A stretch of DNA of 64,000 nucleotides from an uncultured delta proteobacterium (GTDB lineage: Bacteria; Myxococcota; Myxococcia; Myxococcales; Anaeromyxobacteraceae), in NCBI GenBank assembly GCA_963814585.1, contig CAWFDF010000004.1:320001-384000 (forward strand). The letters run 5' to 3'. Position numbers and translations under genes: made by a program. The notes under the pieces were generated by a model that worked only from the letters and a program-made list of their open reading frames with translations, was not told the DNA's origin and did no database searches. Below, one piece after another: positions 44,429 through 53,327 of this stretch. How positions within the stretch are numbered: the stretch's first letter is position 1; each line of letters starts with the position of its first letter.

Positions 44429-45248
44429 ATGCCCCAGGCGCGCAAGCCCGGCCGACCGCCGGCCCACGACCCGCACCTCCTCTACGAGCGGGCCGTCCAG
44501 TCGCCCCATGCCGAGCTCGGCCTGCTCACCCGCCTGCTGCGCCGCGCCGGCCAGCCGGCCCGCCGCCTGCGCGAGGACTTCAGCGGCACCGCGCTCCTCT
44601 CGGCCGCCTGGGTGGCCGCCGGTCCGGAGCGCATCGCCGTGGCGGTCGATCTCGATCCCGCCGTCCACCGCTGGGCGGTGCGCCACCGCCTCCCGGCGCT
44701 CGGCCCGGCCGCCGAGCGGCTGCTCCTCTGCCAGGCCGACGTGCGCCGCGCGCCGCGCGGCCCCTTCGACGCCATCATCGCGCTCAACTTCAGCTACCAG
44801 GTCCTCCACCAGCGGGCCGACCTGCGAGGCCTACCTGGCGGCGGCGCGCCGGGCGCTGGTCCCCGGCGGGCTCTTCATGCTCGACCTCTTCGGCGGCTGG
44901 CTCTCGCAGCAGGCGGTCACCGAGCGGCGGCGCATCGGCGGCGGCGTCACCTACGCCTGGGAGCACGAGGCCTGCGACCCCATCACCCACCGCGTCCGCT
45001 GCGCCATCCACTTCGACCTGCCCGGCGGCCGGCGCCTGCGGCGCGCCTTCACCTACGACTGGCGGCTCTGGACCCTCCCCGAGCTGCGCGACCTGCTGGT
45101 CGAGGCCGGCTTCGACCGGGTCGAGGTCCAGTGGGACGTGGAGCCGCCCGGCGTCGAGCCGCGCTACCGGCCGCGGCGCCACGCCGCCAACCAGGGGGCG
45201 TGGCTCGCCTACCTGGTGGGGCGGCGGCCCGGCCAGACGACCCGGTGA
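44429..45248 (+). CDS. Class I SAM-dependent methyltransferase (one frameshift near 44830)
   Basis: LYERAVQSP, LREDFSGT, VDLD, ALNFSY, LVPGGLFMLD, AFTYDWRLWTLPE. Confidence 0.8.
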
Positions 45249-45367
45249 TCCCTGGAGCGCGCTCCCGGCGGGCTCCGCCCGCTCCCGCGCGCCGGGCCCC
45301 TGCACCGGCTCGCTTTCCACCCCGCGCGGCATTAGATCCAGTCCGTTCGCACCCGCAGGAGCCCCAC

Positions 45368-46579
45368 ATGATCCGCCTCGCCATCCGCACCAGGGCCCCG
45401 GCCGCCGCGCTCCTCGCCGCGGCCCTCCTCCAGGCCGGCTGTGTCTCCGAGTCCGAGCCGTCCCCGGGCTGGTTCACCGAGGCGGCGACGGTGGCCGACC
45501 TCGACGGCGACGGCACGCCCGACGTCCTGAGCGCCACGACCGTCTTCACCTCCGTCTACCAGCCCGGCTACCTCACCGTCCGCCGGCAGTCGAGGACCAG
45601 CCCCGGCACCTTCGACGCCCCGGTCCGGACCGACACCTGCCTCGACCCGGAGGCCCTCGCCGTCGGCGACATCGACGGTGACGGCGGGCTCGACGTGGCC
45701 GTGGCCTGCGGCGCCTCGGCCGGCGCGAGCTTCGAGGTGGCCATCCACCTCAAGGCCGGGGGCCAGGCTGGCGGCTTCGCCCCGCCCACGCTGCTCTCCA
45801 CCGGCACCTCGCAGCCCTCGGCCGTCCGGCTCGCCGACCTCGACGGAGACGGCCGGCTCGACCTGGTGGTCGGGACGCGCACCGGGACCGGCCTCCTCCT
45901 CTTCTTCCAGGCCCCGGGGCCGACCGCCGCCGGGACCTTCGCGCCGCCCGCGCCGGTGAGCCTCGAGGTCGGCGCCCCGCCGGTGGCCGCGGCCGTGGGC
46001 GATCTCACCGGCTCGGGCCGGCTCGACCTGGTGGCCACCACCTCCGACGGCCGCGTCGTGGTCCTGCTCCACGACACCGCGCCCGGGAGCTTCCTCCCCG
46101 GCGCCTCGTTCCCGGCCGGCGTCTCCCCGGCCGCCATCGAGATCGCCGACCTCGACGGGGACGGGCACCCCGACCTGCTCATGGCCGACCGCAATGGTTC
46201 ACTGCTGGTCATGACCCAGACGGCGGGCGGCGGCGCCTTCGACCCGGTGGTGTCCCACGCCACGCTCGACCTGCCCAGCGTGGCGCTCTCGGTGGCCGAC
46301 CTCGACGGCGACGGCCGCCTCGACGTGGTGGTGGCCAGCGCCGGACCGCCGGGCCTCCCCGGCTCGGTGGCGGTCTTCACCCAGGCGCCGGCCCCGACCC
46401 TCCCCGGCACGCTGTCGGCGCCCAGGCGCTACACCGGCTACTACGGGCCGCTCTCCGTCGTGGCGGACGACCTCGACGGGGATACCCGGCCCGATCTGGT
46501 CATCGCCGACGGGCTGGCCTCCATCCGGTACCAGGACCTGGACGGCCTGTTCCTGCCGCCGATCTGGCTGCGACAATAG
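45368..46579 (+). CDS. FG-GAP/VCBS-repeat beta-propeller lipoprotein
   Basis: LQAGC lipobox; about seven (A/G)DLDGDG..D(L/V) repeats. Confidence 0.88.
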   Translation: MIRLAIRTRAPAAALLAAALLQAGCVSESEPSPGWFTEAATVADLDGDGTPDVLSATTVFTSVYQPGYLTVRRQSRTSPGTFDAPVRTDTCLDPEALAVGDIDGDGGLDVAVACGASAGASFEVAIHLKAGGQAGGFAPPTLLSTGTSQPSAVRLADLDGDGRLDLVVGTRTGTGLLLFFQAPGPTAAGTFAPPAPVSLEVGAPPVAAAVGDLTGSGRLDLVATTSDGRVVVLLHDTAPGSFLPGASFPAGVSPAAIEIADLDGDGHPDLLMADRNGSLLVMTQTAGGGAFDPVVSHATLDLPSVALSVADLDGDGRLDVVVASAGPPGLPGSVAVFTQAPAPTLPGTLSAPRRYTGYYGPLSVVADDLDGDTRPDLVIADGLASIRYQDLDGLFLPPIWLRQ

Positions 46580-46641
46580 CGCCCGCCCGTCCTGGCCGCG
46601 GCGGCCCCCCTCGGGCCTCGCCCCCGGCGTACACTCCTGGC

Positions 46642-48534
46642 GTGAAGCCCAGCCCACCGGCTCCAGGCGCACCCGCTCCTCCTCCCGGCGGCTATGCGCG
46701 TCCCCTCGCCGTCGCGGTCGAGGCGGCCCGGGAGGCGGCGCGCCTGCTGGCCGGCGAGTTCCACCGGCCCGAGGGGCCGCGCGGCAGCGGCGACCAGTGC
46801 CCGGCCGACACCGAGTCCGAGGAGATCCTCCGGCGCCGGCTGCTCGAGGCCTATCCCGACTTCGGCTTCATCGCCGAGGAGGCGCCCGCTCGCGACCGGG
46901 CGCCGGGTGATCCGGCCCGGCACGCCTGGGTCGTCGATCCCAACGACGGCACGCGCTACTTCCTGCGCGGGCGGCGCGGCGCCGCCATCTCCATCGGGCT
47001 GCTGCGCGACGGCCTCCCGGTGCTGGGCGTGGTGCTGGCCCACACCGCACCCCACGGCGGCGAGGACCTGATCAGCTGGGCCGAGGGGCTCGGGCCGGTG
47101 AGGCGCAACGGCGAGCCGGTCACCGCGCGCCGCACCGGCGCCGCCCTCCACGCCGGCGCCGTGGTGCTGGTCTCGCCGTCGGCCGAGGAGCACCCGCTGC
47201 ACGGCGGCCTCAGCCTGGCCCCCGGCCGCTTCCGCCCGGTGGCCTCGATCGCCTACCGGCTGGCGCTGGTGGCCGCCGGCGAGGCCGACGCCGCCATCTC
47301 GCTCCAGCCGCTCGACGGCCACGACGTGGTGGCCGGCCACGCGCTCCTCCTCGGCGCCGGCCTGACCCTGGTCGATGCCGCGGGCTCGGAGGTCCGCTAC
47401 CGGCCGGAGGGCCGGACGCGGATCGGGCCGGTCGCCAGCGGCGGCGAGGCGCTGGCGTCCGAGCTGGCGGGGCGCCTGTCGCGGCGGCCCGATCCGGGTC
47501 AGGCCCGGGAGGCGTCCGGCCTGGTGGAGACCCGGCCCGGACGGGCCTGCGCCGACCCATCGGTGCTGCGCCGCGCCCAGGGCGTGCTGCTCGGCCAGCT
47601 CTGCGGCGACGCGCTCGGCAGCCTCGTCGAGTTCGAGAGCGAGGAGGAGATCGCCGAGGACTACCCCGACGGCGTGCGCGAGCTGGAGGACGGCGGCACC
47701 TGGGACCTGCTGGCCGGCCAGCCCACCGACGACGGCGAGCTGGCCCTGGCGCTGGCGCGCACCCTGATCCGGAAGGGCCGGTTCGAGGCCGACGACGCCA
47801 TCCGCGCCTACGTCGCCTGGTACGAGTCGCACCCGTTCGACATCGGCCACACCACCAAGGCCGCCCTGGCCGCCGCCGCCGCCGCGCTGCGGGCCGGGCA
47901 GGATCCGGCCGCCGCCGCCCGCGCCGCCGCCAGGCCGGAGAGCCGGGCCAACGGCTCGGTGATGCGGGTCTCCCCGCTGGGGATCTTCGGCCACCGCCTG
48001 CCGCCCGCCGAGCTGGCGGTGATGGCGCGCCAGGATGCCCGGCTCACCCACCCGCACCCGGTCTGCGGCGACTCCGGCGTGGTCTTCACCGCCGCGCTGG
48101 CCCACGCGGTGGCGCGGGGCGGCACGCCGGCGGCGCTGGCCGACTGGGCGCTGGCCTTCGCCCGGGAGCAGCGGCTCCACGACGAGGTGATCGGGGCGCT
48201 GGCGGCCGCCACGACCCGGCGCCCCGACTACGCCACGCAGCAGGGCCTGGCCTCGGTGGCGCTCCAGAACGCCTTCTTCCAGCTGCGCCACGCCGAGCCG
48301 GAGGCGGCCCTGGTGGACACGGTGCGGCGTGGCGGCGACACCGACACCAACGCCGCCATCGCCGGCGCCCTGCTGGGCGCGGTCCACGGGGTCCACGGGC
48401 TCCCGCTCCGCTGGCGCAACGCCGTCCTCTCCTGCTTCCCGGTGGCGGGGCTTCCTGGCTGCCACCGCCCCCGCCCATCCGGCTGCTGGCCGGTGGACGC
48501 GCTGGTGGTGGCGGAGCGGTTGCTGTCAGGATGA
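46642..48534 (+). CDS. Inositol-monophosphatase-family domain fused to ADP-ribosylglycohydrolase
   Basis: AEE, WVVDPNDGT, HDVVAG (IMPase); GDALG, PTDD, ANGSVMR, GGDTDTNAAIAGAL (ARH/DraG). Confidence 0.9.
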   Translation: MKPSPPAPGAPAPPPGGYARPLAVAVEAAREAARLLAGEFHRPEGPRGSGDQCPADTESEEILRRRLLEAYPDFGFIAEEAPARDRAPGDPARHAWVVDPNDGTRYFLRGRRGAAISIGLLRDGLPVLGVVLAHTAPHGGEDLISWAEGLGPVRRNGEPVTARRTGAALHAGAVVLVSPSAEEHPLHGGLSLAPGRFRPVASIAYRLALVAAGEADAAISLQPLDGHDVVAGHALLLGAGLTLVDAAGSEVRYRPEGRTRIGPVASGGEALASELAGRLSRRPDPGQAREASGLVETRPGRACADPSVLRRAQGVLLGQLCGDALGSLVEFESEEEIAEDYPDGVRELEDGGTWDLLAGQPTDDGELALALARTLIRKGRFEADDAIRAYVAWYESHPFDIGHTTKAALAAAAAALRAGQDPAAAARAAARPESRANGSVMRVSPLGIFGHRLPPAELAVMARQDARLTHPHPVCGDSGVVFTAALAHAVARGGTPAALADWALAFAREQRLHDEVIGALAAATTRRPDYATQQGLASVALQNAFFQLRHAEPEAALVDTVRRGGDTDTNAAIAGALLGAVHGVHGLPLRWRNAVLSCFPVAGLPGCHRPRPSGCWPVDALVVAERLLSG

Positions 48535-49571
48535 GCCCCATGCCAGCCGATCAGGCCGAGCGGCGCCTCATGCGGATCATCACCTGGATGAAGGCGCGCT
48601 CCGAGCCCTTCACGCGCGCCGACCTGGTCGGGGCCTTCCCCGCCGAGTACGCCGGGAGCCCGGCGGCCGTGGAGAAGAAGTTCCTGCGCGACAAGGCGGC
48701 CATCGAGCGGCTCGGCATCGCGCTGCGGCCCGACGAGGGCGAGACCACCAGCTACCTGGTGGACCGGACCGCGCTCCACCTGGCCCAGGTCGACTTCGAG
48801 CGCGGCGAGGCGGCGGTGGTCTGGATGGCGGGGCGCGCCGCGGCCCGGGCCGCCAACCACCCGCTGGCGACCGAGCTCACCTCGGCGCTGCGCAAGCTGA
48901 TGGTCGGCACCGGCAGCCTGCCGGCGACCGTGCCAGGCCCGGGCGCCCTGACCCCGCCGGCGGTGCCGCAGGCGCTGGGCGCCTGGCTGGAGCTGCTGGC
49001 CGACGCGGTGCAGCGGCGCCGGCGGCTCCACCTCGGCTACCGCGGCGCCACCGGGGTCGAGACCACCCGCGACGTGGACGTCTACGGGTACGGCCTGCGC
49101 GACGGCGAGTGGTTCCTCGTCGGGCACTGCCACCTGCGGGACGCCCGCCGGATCTTCTTCCTGCGACGGGTCACGTCGCTGAAGGCCGGGCGCGACGACG
49201 GGCACCCCTGCGTGGTCCCGAAGGACACCAAGGGCGGTGACTTCACCGTGCCCCGCGACTTCGACTTCGACCAGTGGAAGACGCAGCGGCCGTGGGACTA
49301 CCTGGCCCACCCGCCGGTCGAGGCGCTGGTGCGGCTGGGTGGGGACCTGGCCCCCATGGCCCGCCGGCTGCTGCCGCGCGCCGTCGTCACGGCCGGGACG
49401 GACGGGCGCCGGGAGGCCCGGCTGGCGGTGCGGAACCTCGACGGCCTGGTCCGGCAGGTGCTGGCCTGGGGACCCGACGCCGAGCTGGCGGCGCCGCCCG
49501 AGGGGCGGGAGCGGGTCCGCGCCATCCTCGACGCGGCGGCGGCGGCGCATGCCGCCCGGGTGGGATCGTGA
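48531..49571 (+). CDS. WYL-domain transcriptional regulator, PafB-like
   Basis: EKKFLRDKAAIERLGI wHTH, WFLVGHC..R..RIF..R, WCX domain (VLAWG). Confidence 0.88.
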   Translation: MSPMPADQAERRLMRIITWMKARSEPFTRADLVGAFPAEYAGSPAAVEKKFLRDKAAIERLGIALRPDEGETTSYLVDRTALHLAQVDFERGEAAVVWMAGRAAARAANHPLATELTSALRKLMVGTGSLPATVPGPGALTPPAVPQALGAWLELLADAVQRRRRLHLGYRGATGVETTRDVDVYGYGLRDGEWFLVGHCHLRDARRIFFLRRVTSLKAGRDDGHPCVVPKDTKGGDFTVPRDFDFDQWKTQRPWDYLAHPPVEALVRLGGDLAPMARRLLPRAVVTAGTDGRREARLAVRNLDGLVRQVLAWGPDAELAAPPEGRERVRAILDAAAAAHAARVGS

Positions 49572-50536
49572 GCGCCCGGTTCGAGGCCAGGCTGCGGCGG
49601 CTCCTGCTGCTCATCCCCGCCTGCACGCGGGCCGGGGACGCCGGCCTCGCCATCGACCGGGCGGTGGCCCTCACCGGCGCCGCCAGCGCCGCGGAGCTGC
49701 GCGCCGACGTGCTGGCCGTGCAGGGGGTGGCGGTCGACGACGAGCCCGACGCCTCCCACCTGCTGGTCGAGGTGGAGGGAGATCGGATCCGCGTCGACCT
49801 CGACATGGGCTTCGGCCGCCCGCCGCCGCTGTCGGTCCGCGAGGGGGCGGCGCTGCTCTCGGCGCTCCGGCCCTTCCTGGGAACCGGCGTGCGCGCCGTG
49901 GAGACCGCCGCCCGAAAGATCCGGCGCGCCATCCCCGACCACGTCCGCGGCGAGGTGCTGGCGCTGGCGGCCACCACCGACCTGGCCCTGCCCCCGGCCA
50001 GCGAGTGGACGGTGGCGCTGGAGGAGGCCATCAGCAACCGGCTCGAGGTGGTGGTCGACTACCACACCGCCTCCACCGGGACCTTCGCGCGCAAGGTGCT
50101 GGAGCCGCGCGTGCTGCTGCCGAGCGACGGGCGCTGGTACCTGATCGCCTTCGACGGCGGGCGCGGCGCGGAGCGGGTCTACCGGCTCGACCGGATCGCC
50201 TCGCTGGCGGTGGGGTCGCGCTGCTTCGGCGAGCACCGGGGCCCCGCCCTGGCGCGCGCCGGCCGCCGGCACTACCGCCCCTCCGGGCAGGAGCGGCCGG
50301 TGGTCCTCCGCTTCTCGCCGGAGGCGGCGCGGGCGGCCCGGGAGCGCTGGGGCGGCGTCGCCGGCCAGCCGGCCGGAGCCGATGGCGCGGTCACGCTCAC
50401 GGTCATGGTCACGCCCAACGAGCACTTCCTGGGCGAGGTGCTCGGCTGGGGTGGGACCTGCGAGGTGGTGGGTCCGCCGGACGTCCGCGACGCGATGCGC
50501 GGGCGGATCGAGGCGCTGCGCGCCTCCTACGAGTGA
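49568..50536 (+). CDS. WYL-domain transcriptional regulator, PafC-like
   Basis: RLRRLLLLIP, RPPPLSVREG, WYLIAF..RVYRLDRI, VLGWG..EVVGPP; GTGA overlap with the upstream gene. Confidence 0.88.
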   Translation: MSARFEARLRRLLLLIPACTRAGDAGLAIDRAVALTGAASAAELRADVLAVQGVAVDDEPDASHLLVEVEGDRIRVDLDMGFGRPPPLSVREGAALLSALRPFLGTGVRAVETAARKIRRAIPDHVRGEVLALAATTDLALPPASEWTVALEEAISNRLEVVVDYHTASTGTFARKVLEPRVLLPSDGRWYLIAFDGGRGAERVYRLDRIASLAVGSRCFGEHRGPALARAGRRHYRPSGQERPVVLRFSPEAARAARERWGGVAGQPAGADGAVTLTVMVTPNEHFLGEVLGWGGTCEVVGPPDVRDAMRGRIEALRASYE

Positions 50537-50620
50537 GCATGTACGCCCCGAACGGGTCCTCCAGCCCGCAAGGGTCGCGCTCCCGGTCAGCCGCCGCTAG
50601 GTCATGCTCGGAGGTCGGGC

Positions 50621-51376
50621 TTGAAGGTCGTCACCTGGAACGTCAACGGGATCCGCGCCAGGGAGGCCCAGGTCCTCGAGCTGCTCGACCGGGAGTCACC
50701 GGACCTGGTCTGCCTGCAGGAGATCAAGTCGCCGGCGGACAAGGTGCCGGCCTCGCTGCGCGAGGTGCCCGGCTACCACGGCTGCTGGCACGGCGACTCG
50801 GCCTACTCCGGCGTGGCGCTGCTGGTGCGCAAGGAGCGGGTGGACCTGGCGCCCGCCTTCGTCTACCCGCCCTTCGACTTCGAGACCCGCGTGGTGGCGT
50901 CCGAGGTGGGCGGCGTGACCGTGGCCTGCCTCTACGTCCCCAACGGCGGCAAGGACTTCGAGGCCAAGCTCCGCTTCGTCACCGCGCTCGACGCCTGGGC
51001 GGGCCAGCTGGCGGCGGCGGACCGGCCCCTGCTGCTCTGCGGCGATCTCAACATCACCGCCACCGCGGACGACGTCCACCTCAAGGAGCGGCGGGCTGGC
51101 GCCATCGGCCAGCGCGACGACGAGCGGGCGCTGCTGACGGGGCTGCTGGGGCGCGGGCTGGTGGACGTGGGGCGGGCCCTCGATCCGTCCAACCCGGCGC
51201 TGTTCACCTGGTGGCCGCCGTGGCGCGGGCTCCGGCAGAAGAACGTCGGCTGGCGGATCGACTACGTGGTGGCCAGCCGCGGGCTGGCCGGGCGGGCCCG
51301 CCGCTGCCGGGTGCTGGCCGAGTTCGGCACCAGCGACCACGCGCCGGTGGTCGGCGAGTTCGAGGGGTGGGGGTAG
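50621..51376 (+). CDS. xth: Exodeoxyribonuclease III / AP endonuclease
   Basis: TWNVNGIR, LQEIK, YSGVA, YVPNG, GDLN, GWRIDY, SDHAPV. Confidence 0.94.
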   Translation: MKVVTWNVNGIRAREAQVLELLDRESPDLVCLQEIKSPADKVPASLREVPGYHGCWHGDSAYSGVALLVRKERVDLAPAFVYPPFDFETRVVASEVGGVTVACLYVPNGGKDFEAKLRFVTALDAWAGQLAAADRPLLLCGDLNITATADDVHLKERRAGAIGQRDDERALLTGLLGRGLVDVGRALDPSNPALFTWWPPWRGLRQKNVGWRIDYVVASRGLAGRARRCRVLAEFGTSDHAPVVGEFEGWG

Positions 51377-51396
51377 GATGGCGCGGAGGTCCTGCC

Positions 51397-51972
51397 ATGC
51401 CCACCGACTACCAGCCGCTCGCGCCCACCGAGCACCAGCGCCGTCCCGAGCTCACCCGCGGCGATGACTTCATCAAGGCCATGCTCCGGCGGGGCGTGGT
51501 CGCCCACGTCGGCAACCTGAGCGGCGACCAGCCCTGGGTCCACCCCACCAACTACTGGTACGACGAGGCGGGCCACCGGCTGGTCTTCCACGGCCACCTC
51601 GCCGGCCGGACCCGCTCCAACCTCGATCACTTCCCCAGGGCCTGCGCCGAGGTGAGCGAGTTCGGCCGGCTCCTCCCCTCCAACTCGCCGTACGAGCTCT
51701 CCATCCAGTACCGGGCCGTCCTGGTCTTCGGCCGCGTGGCCGTGCTCGCCGACCCGGCCGAGGCCCGCGCCGCGCTCGGCGGGCTCATCGCCAGGTACTT
51801 CCCCGCCCTGCGCGAGGGCGAGGACTACCGCCCCATCACCCCGCAGGAGCTGGGGGCCACCAGCGTCTACGCCCTCGCCATCGAGTCCTGGAGCGGCAAG
51901 GAGAACTGGCCGGAGGCGGCCGAGCAGCTGGCCGACTGGAAGCCGCTGGCGCCCGGCCTGGCCGGGCGCTGA
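51397..51972 (+). CDS. Pyridoxamine 5'-phosphate oxidase-like flavin-binding protein (NimA family)
   Basis: P..HPTNY..LVFHG..GR, YRAVLVFG, SWSGK. Confidence 0.82.
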   Translation: MPTDYQPLAPTEHQRRPELTRGDDFIKAMLRRGVVAHVGNLSGDQPWVHPTNYWYDEAGHRLVFHGHLAGRTRSNLDHFPRACAEVSEFGRLLPSNSPYELSIQYRAVLVFGRVAVLADPAEARAALGGLIARYFPALREGEDYRPITPQELGATSVYALAIESWSGKENWPEAAEQLADWKPLAPGLAGR

Positions 51973-51987
51973 GCCCGGAGAGTCCCG

Positions 51988-53319
51988 TCAGACGCCGGCG
52001 ACGCTGACCCCCTCCAGCACCAGCGTCGGGGTGCGCAGCGCGGAGTAGGGGTAGGGATCGTTGCCCACCGCCACCAGCCGCTTCCAGAGCTCGAGGTGGT
52101 TTCCGGAGACGTTCATCTCGGAGATCGGCTCGCCCACCTGGCCGCCGGTGATCCGGTGGCCGTTGAGGCCGAGCGAGAAGTCGCCGGTGGTGGAGTTGGA
52201 GTTGCCGCCGATGAAGCCGGTCACCAGCAGCCCCTCGCCCACCGCGGCGACGAGCGCCTCGCGGTCCTTCGAGCCGGGCCCCCAGGCCAGGTTGGAGCTG
52301 CCCCGCGTGGTGGGGGCGACCTGGAGCTTCTTGCCGTAGTAGCTGTCGACGTAGAAGGCCCGCAGCGCGCCCTTCTCGAAGACCGGGAAGCGGCGCGCCG
52401 CCAGCCCCTCGTTGTCGAAGAGGCGGGAGCCGAGCGCCCGCGGCAGCAGCGGGTCGTCGGCCAGGTCGAGCAGCGGGCTGCCGATGACCACGCCCAGCTT
52501 GCCGTCGAAGCAGGACTGCTTCTGCTGCAGCGCCGCCCCGGAGAGCGGCCGGAGCAGGTGGGAGACCAGCGTGCCGGCGGCGCGGGGATCGATCACCAGC
52601 GTCATGGTGGCCGAGCTCCCCTTCTTCGCGCCGAGCCGGGCCAGGGCCCGCTCGGCGGCCCGCCGCCCCACCGCCTCCGCCGTCGGCAGCGAGGCCAGGT
52701 GGCGGGTGGTGGCCGCGTCCCAGTCCTCGGGCCGGCGGCCGTCGGCGTCCTTGACCGAGACCTCGCCGGAGACCGAGAAGGAGGTGGCTCGCCGCGTCCC
52801 CTCGAAGCCATTGCTCTGGACCCGCCAGGACTCGGCGAGGGCGTCGCCGAAGCCGGTGGTGACCGAGACGATGGCCTCGGCGCCCTTGACCTGGCGCGCC
52901 GCCGCCTCGGCGGCCTGCGCCAGCTCGCGCCGCCGCACCGCGCTCAGGCCGCCCAGGGCCGGATCGTCGAGCTGCAGGTCGACGCTGGCCTGCCCGGCGT
53001 AGAGCGCCGGGTCGGGCAGGGACCGGAAGGGGTCCTTCTCCAGCGTCCGGGTCAGCGCCACCGAGTCCTCGATGAAGCGCTGCAGCGCCTCCGGGCGCAG
53101 GTCCTTGGTGCTGACCGCGGCGTAGCGGCCGTCCACGTAGAGCTCCAGCGAGAGGCCGCGGGTGGTGGTGTCGGAGAGCTTCTCCACCTTGCCGTCGCGC
53201 CAGTCCACCGAGACCTCGCGGGCCCGGGCGGCCGTGGCCGCCGCCTCCTGCGCCCCCGCCTTCCTCGCCACCGCCGCGGCGCTGCGCGCCACCTCGAGCA
53301 TGTCGTTCCTCTGGCTCAT
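51988..53319 (-). CDS. pmbA: TldE/PmbA-family protein
   Basis: DDP..LGSRLFDNEG, NSTTGDFS, MNVSGN; no HExxxH motif; downstream of tldD. Confidence 0.88.
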   Translation of the reverse strand: MSQRNDMLEVARSAAAVARKAGAQEAAATAARAREVSVDWRDGKVEKLSDTTTRGLSLELYVDGRYAAVSTKDLRPEALQRFIEDSVALTRTLEKDPFRSLPDPALYAGQASVDLQLDDPALGGLSAVRRRELAQAAEAAARQVKGAEAIVSVTTGFGDALAESWRVQSNGFEGTRRATSFSVSGEVSVKDADGRRPEDWDAATTRHLASLPTAEAVGRRAAERALARLGAKKGSSATMTLVIDPRAAGTLVSHLLRPLSGAALQQKQSCFDGKLGVVIGSPLLDLADDPLLPRALGSRLFDNEGLAARRFPVFEKGALRAFYVDSYYGKKLQVAPTTRGSSNLAWGPGSKDREALVAAVGEGLLVTGFIGGNSNSTTGDFSLGLNGHRITGGQVGEPISEMNVSGNHLELWKRLVAVGNDPYPYSALRTPTLVLEGVSVAGV

Positions 53320-53327
53320 GGCGTCTC

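Noticed and set aside
45490..46500. Recurring gacctcgacggcgacggc sequences that resemble a spaced repeat array
   Set aside because: They encode the DLDGDG motifs of FG-GAP repeats. They are degenerate, in frame and spaced too far apart for CRISPR, and there are no cas genes.
44429..46579. 716-aa methyltransferase/FG-GAP fusion in the ORF track
   Set aside because: Artefact of the frameshift near 44830. The methyltransferase ends at 45248, and the FG-GAP gene has its own RBS and signal peptide at 45368.
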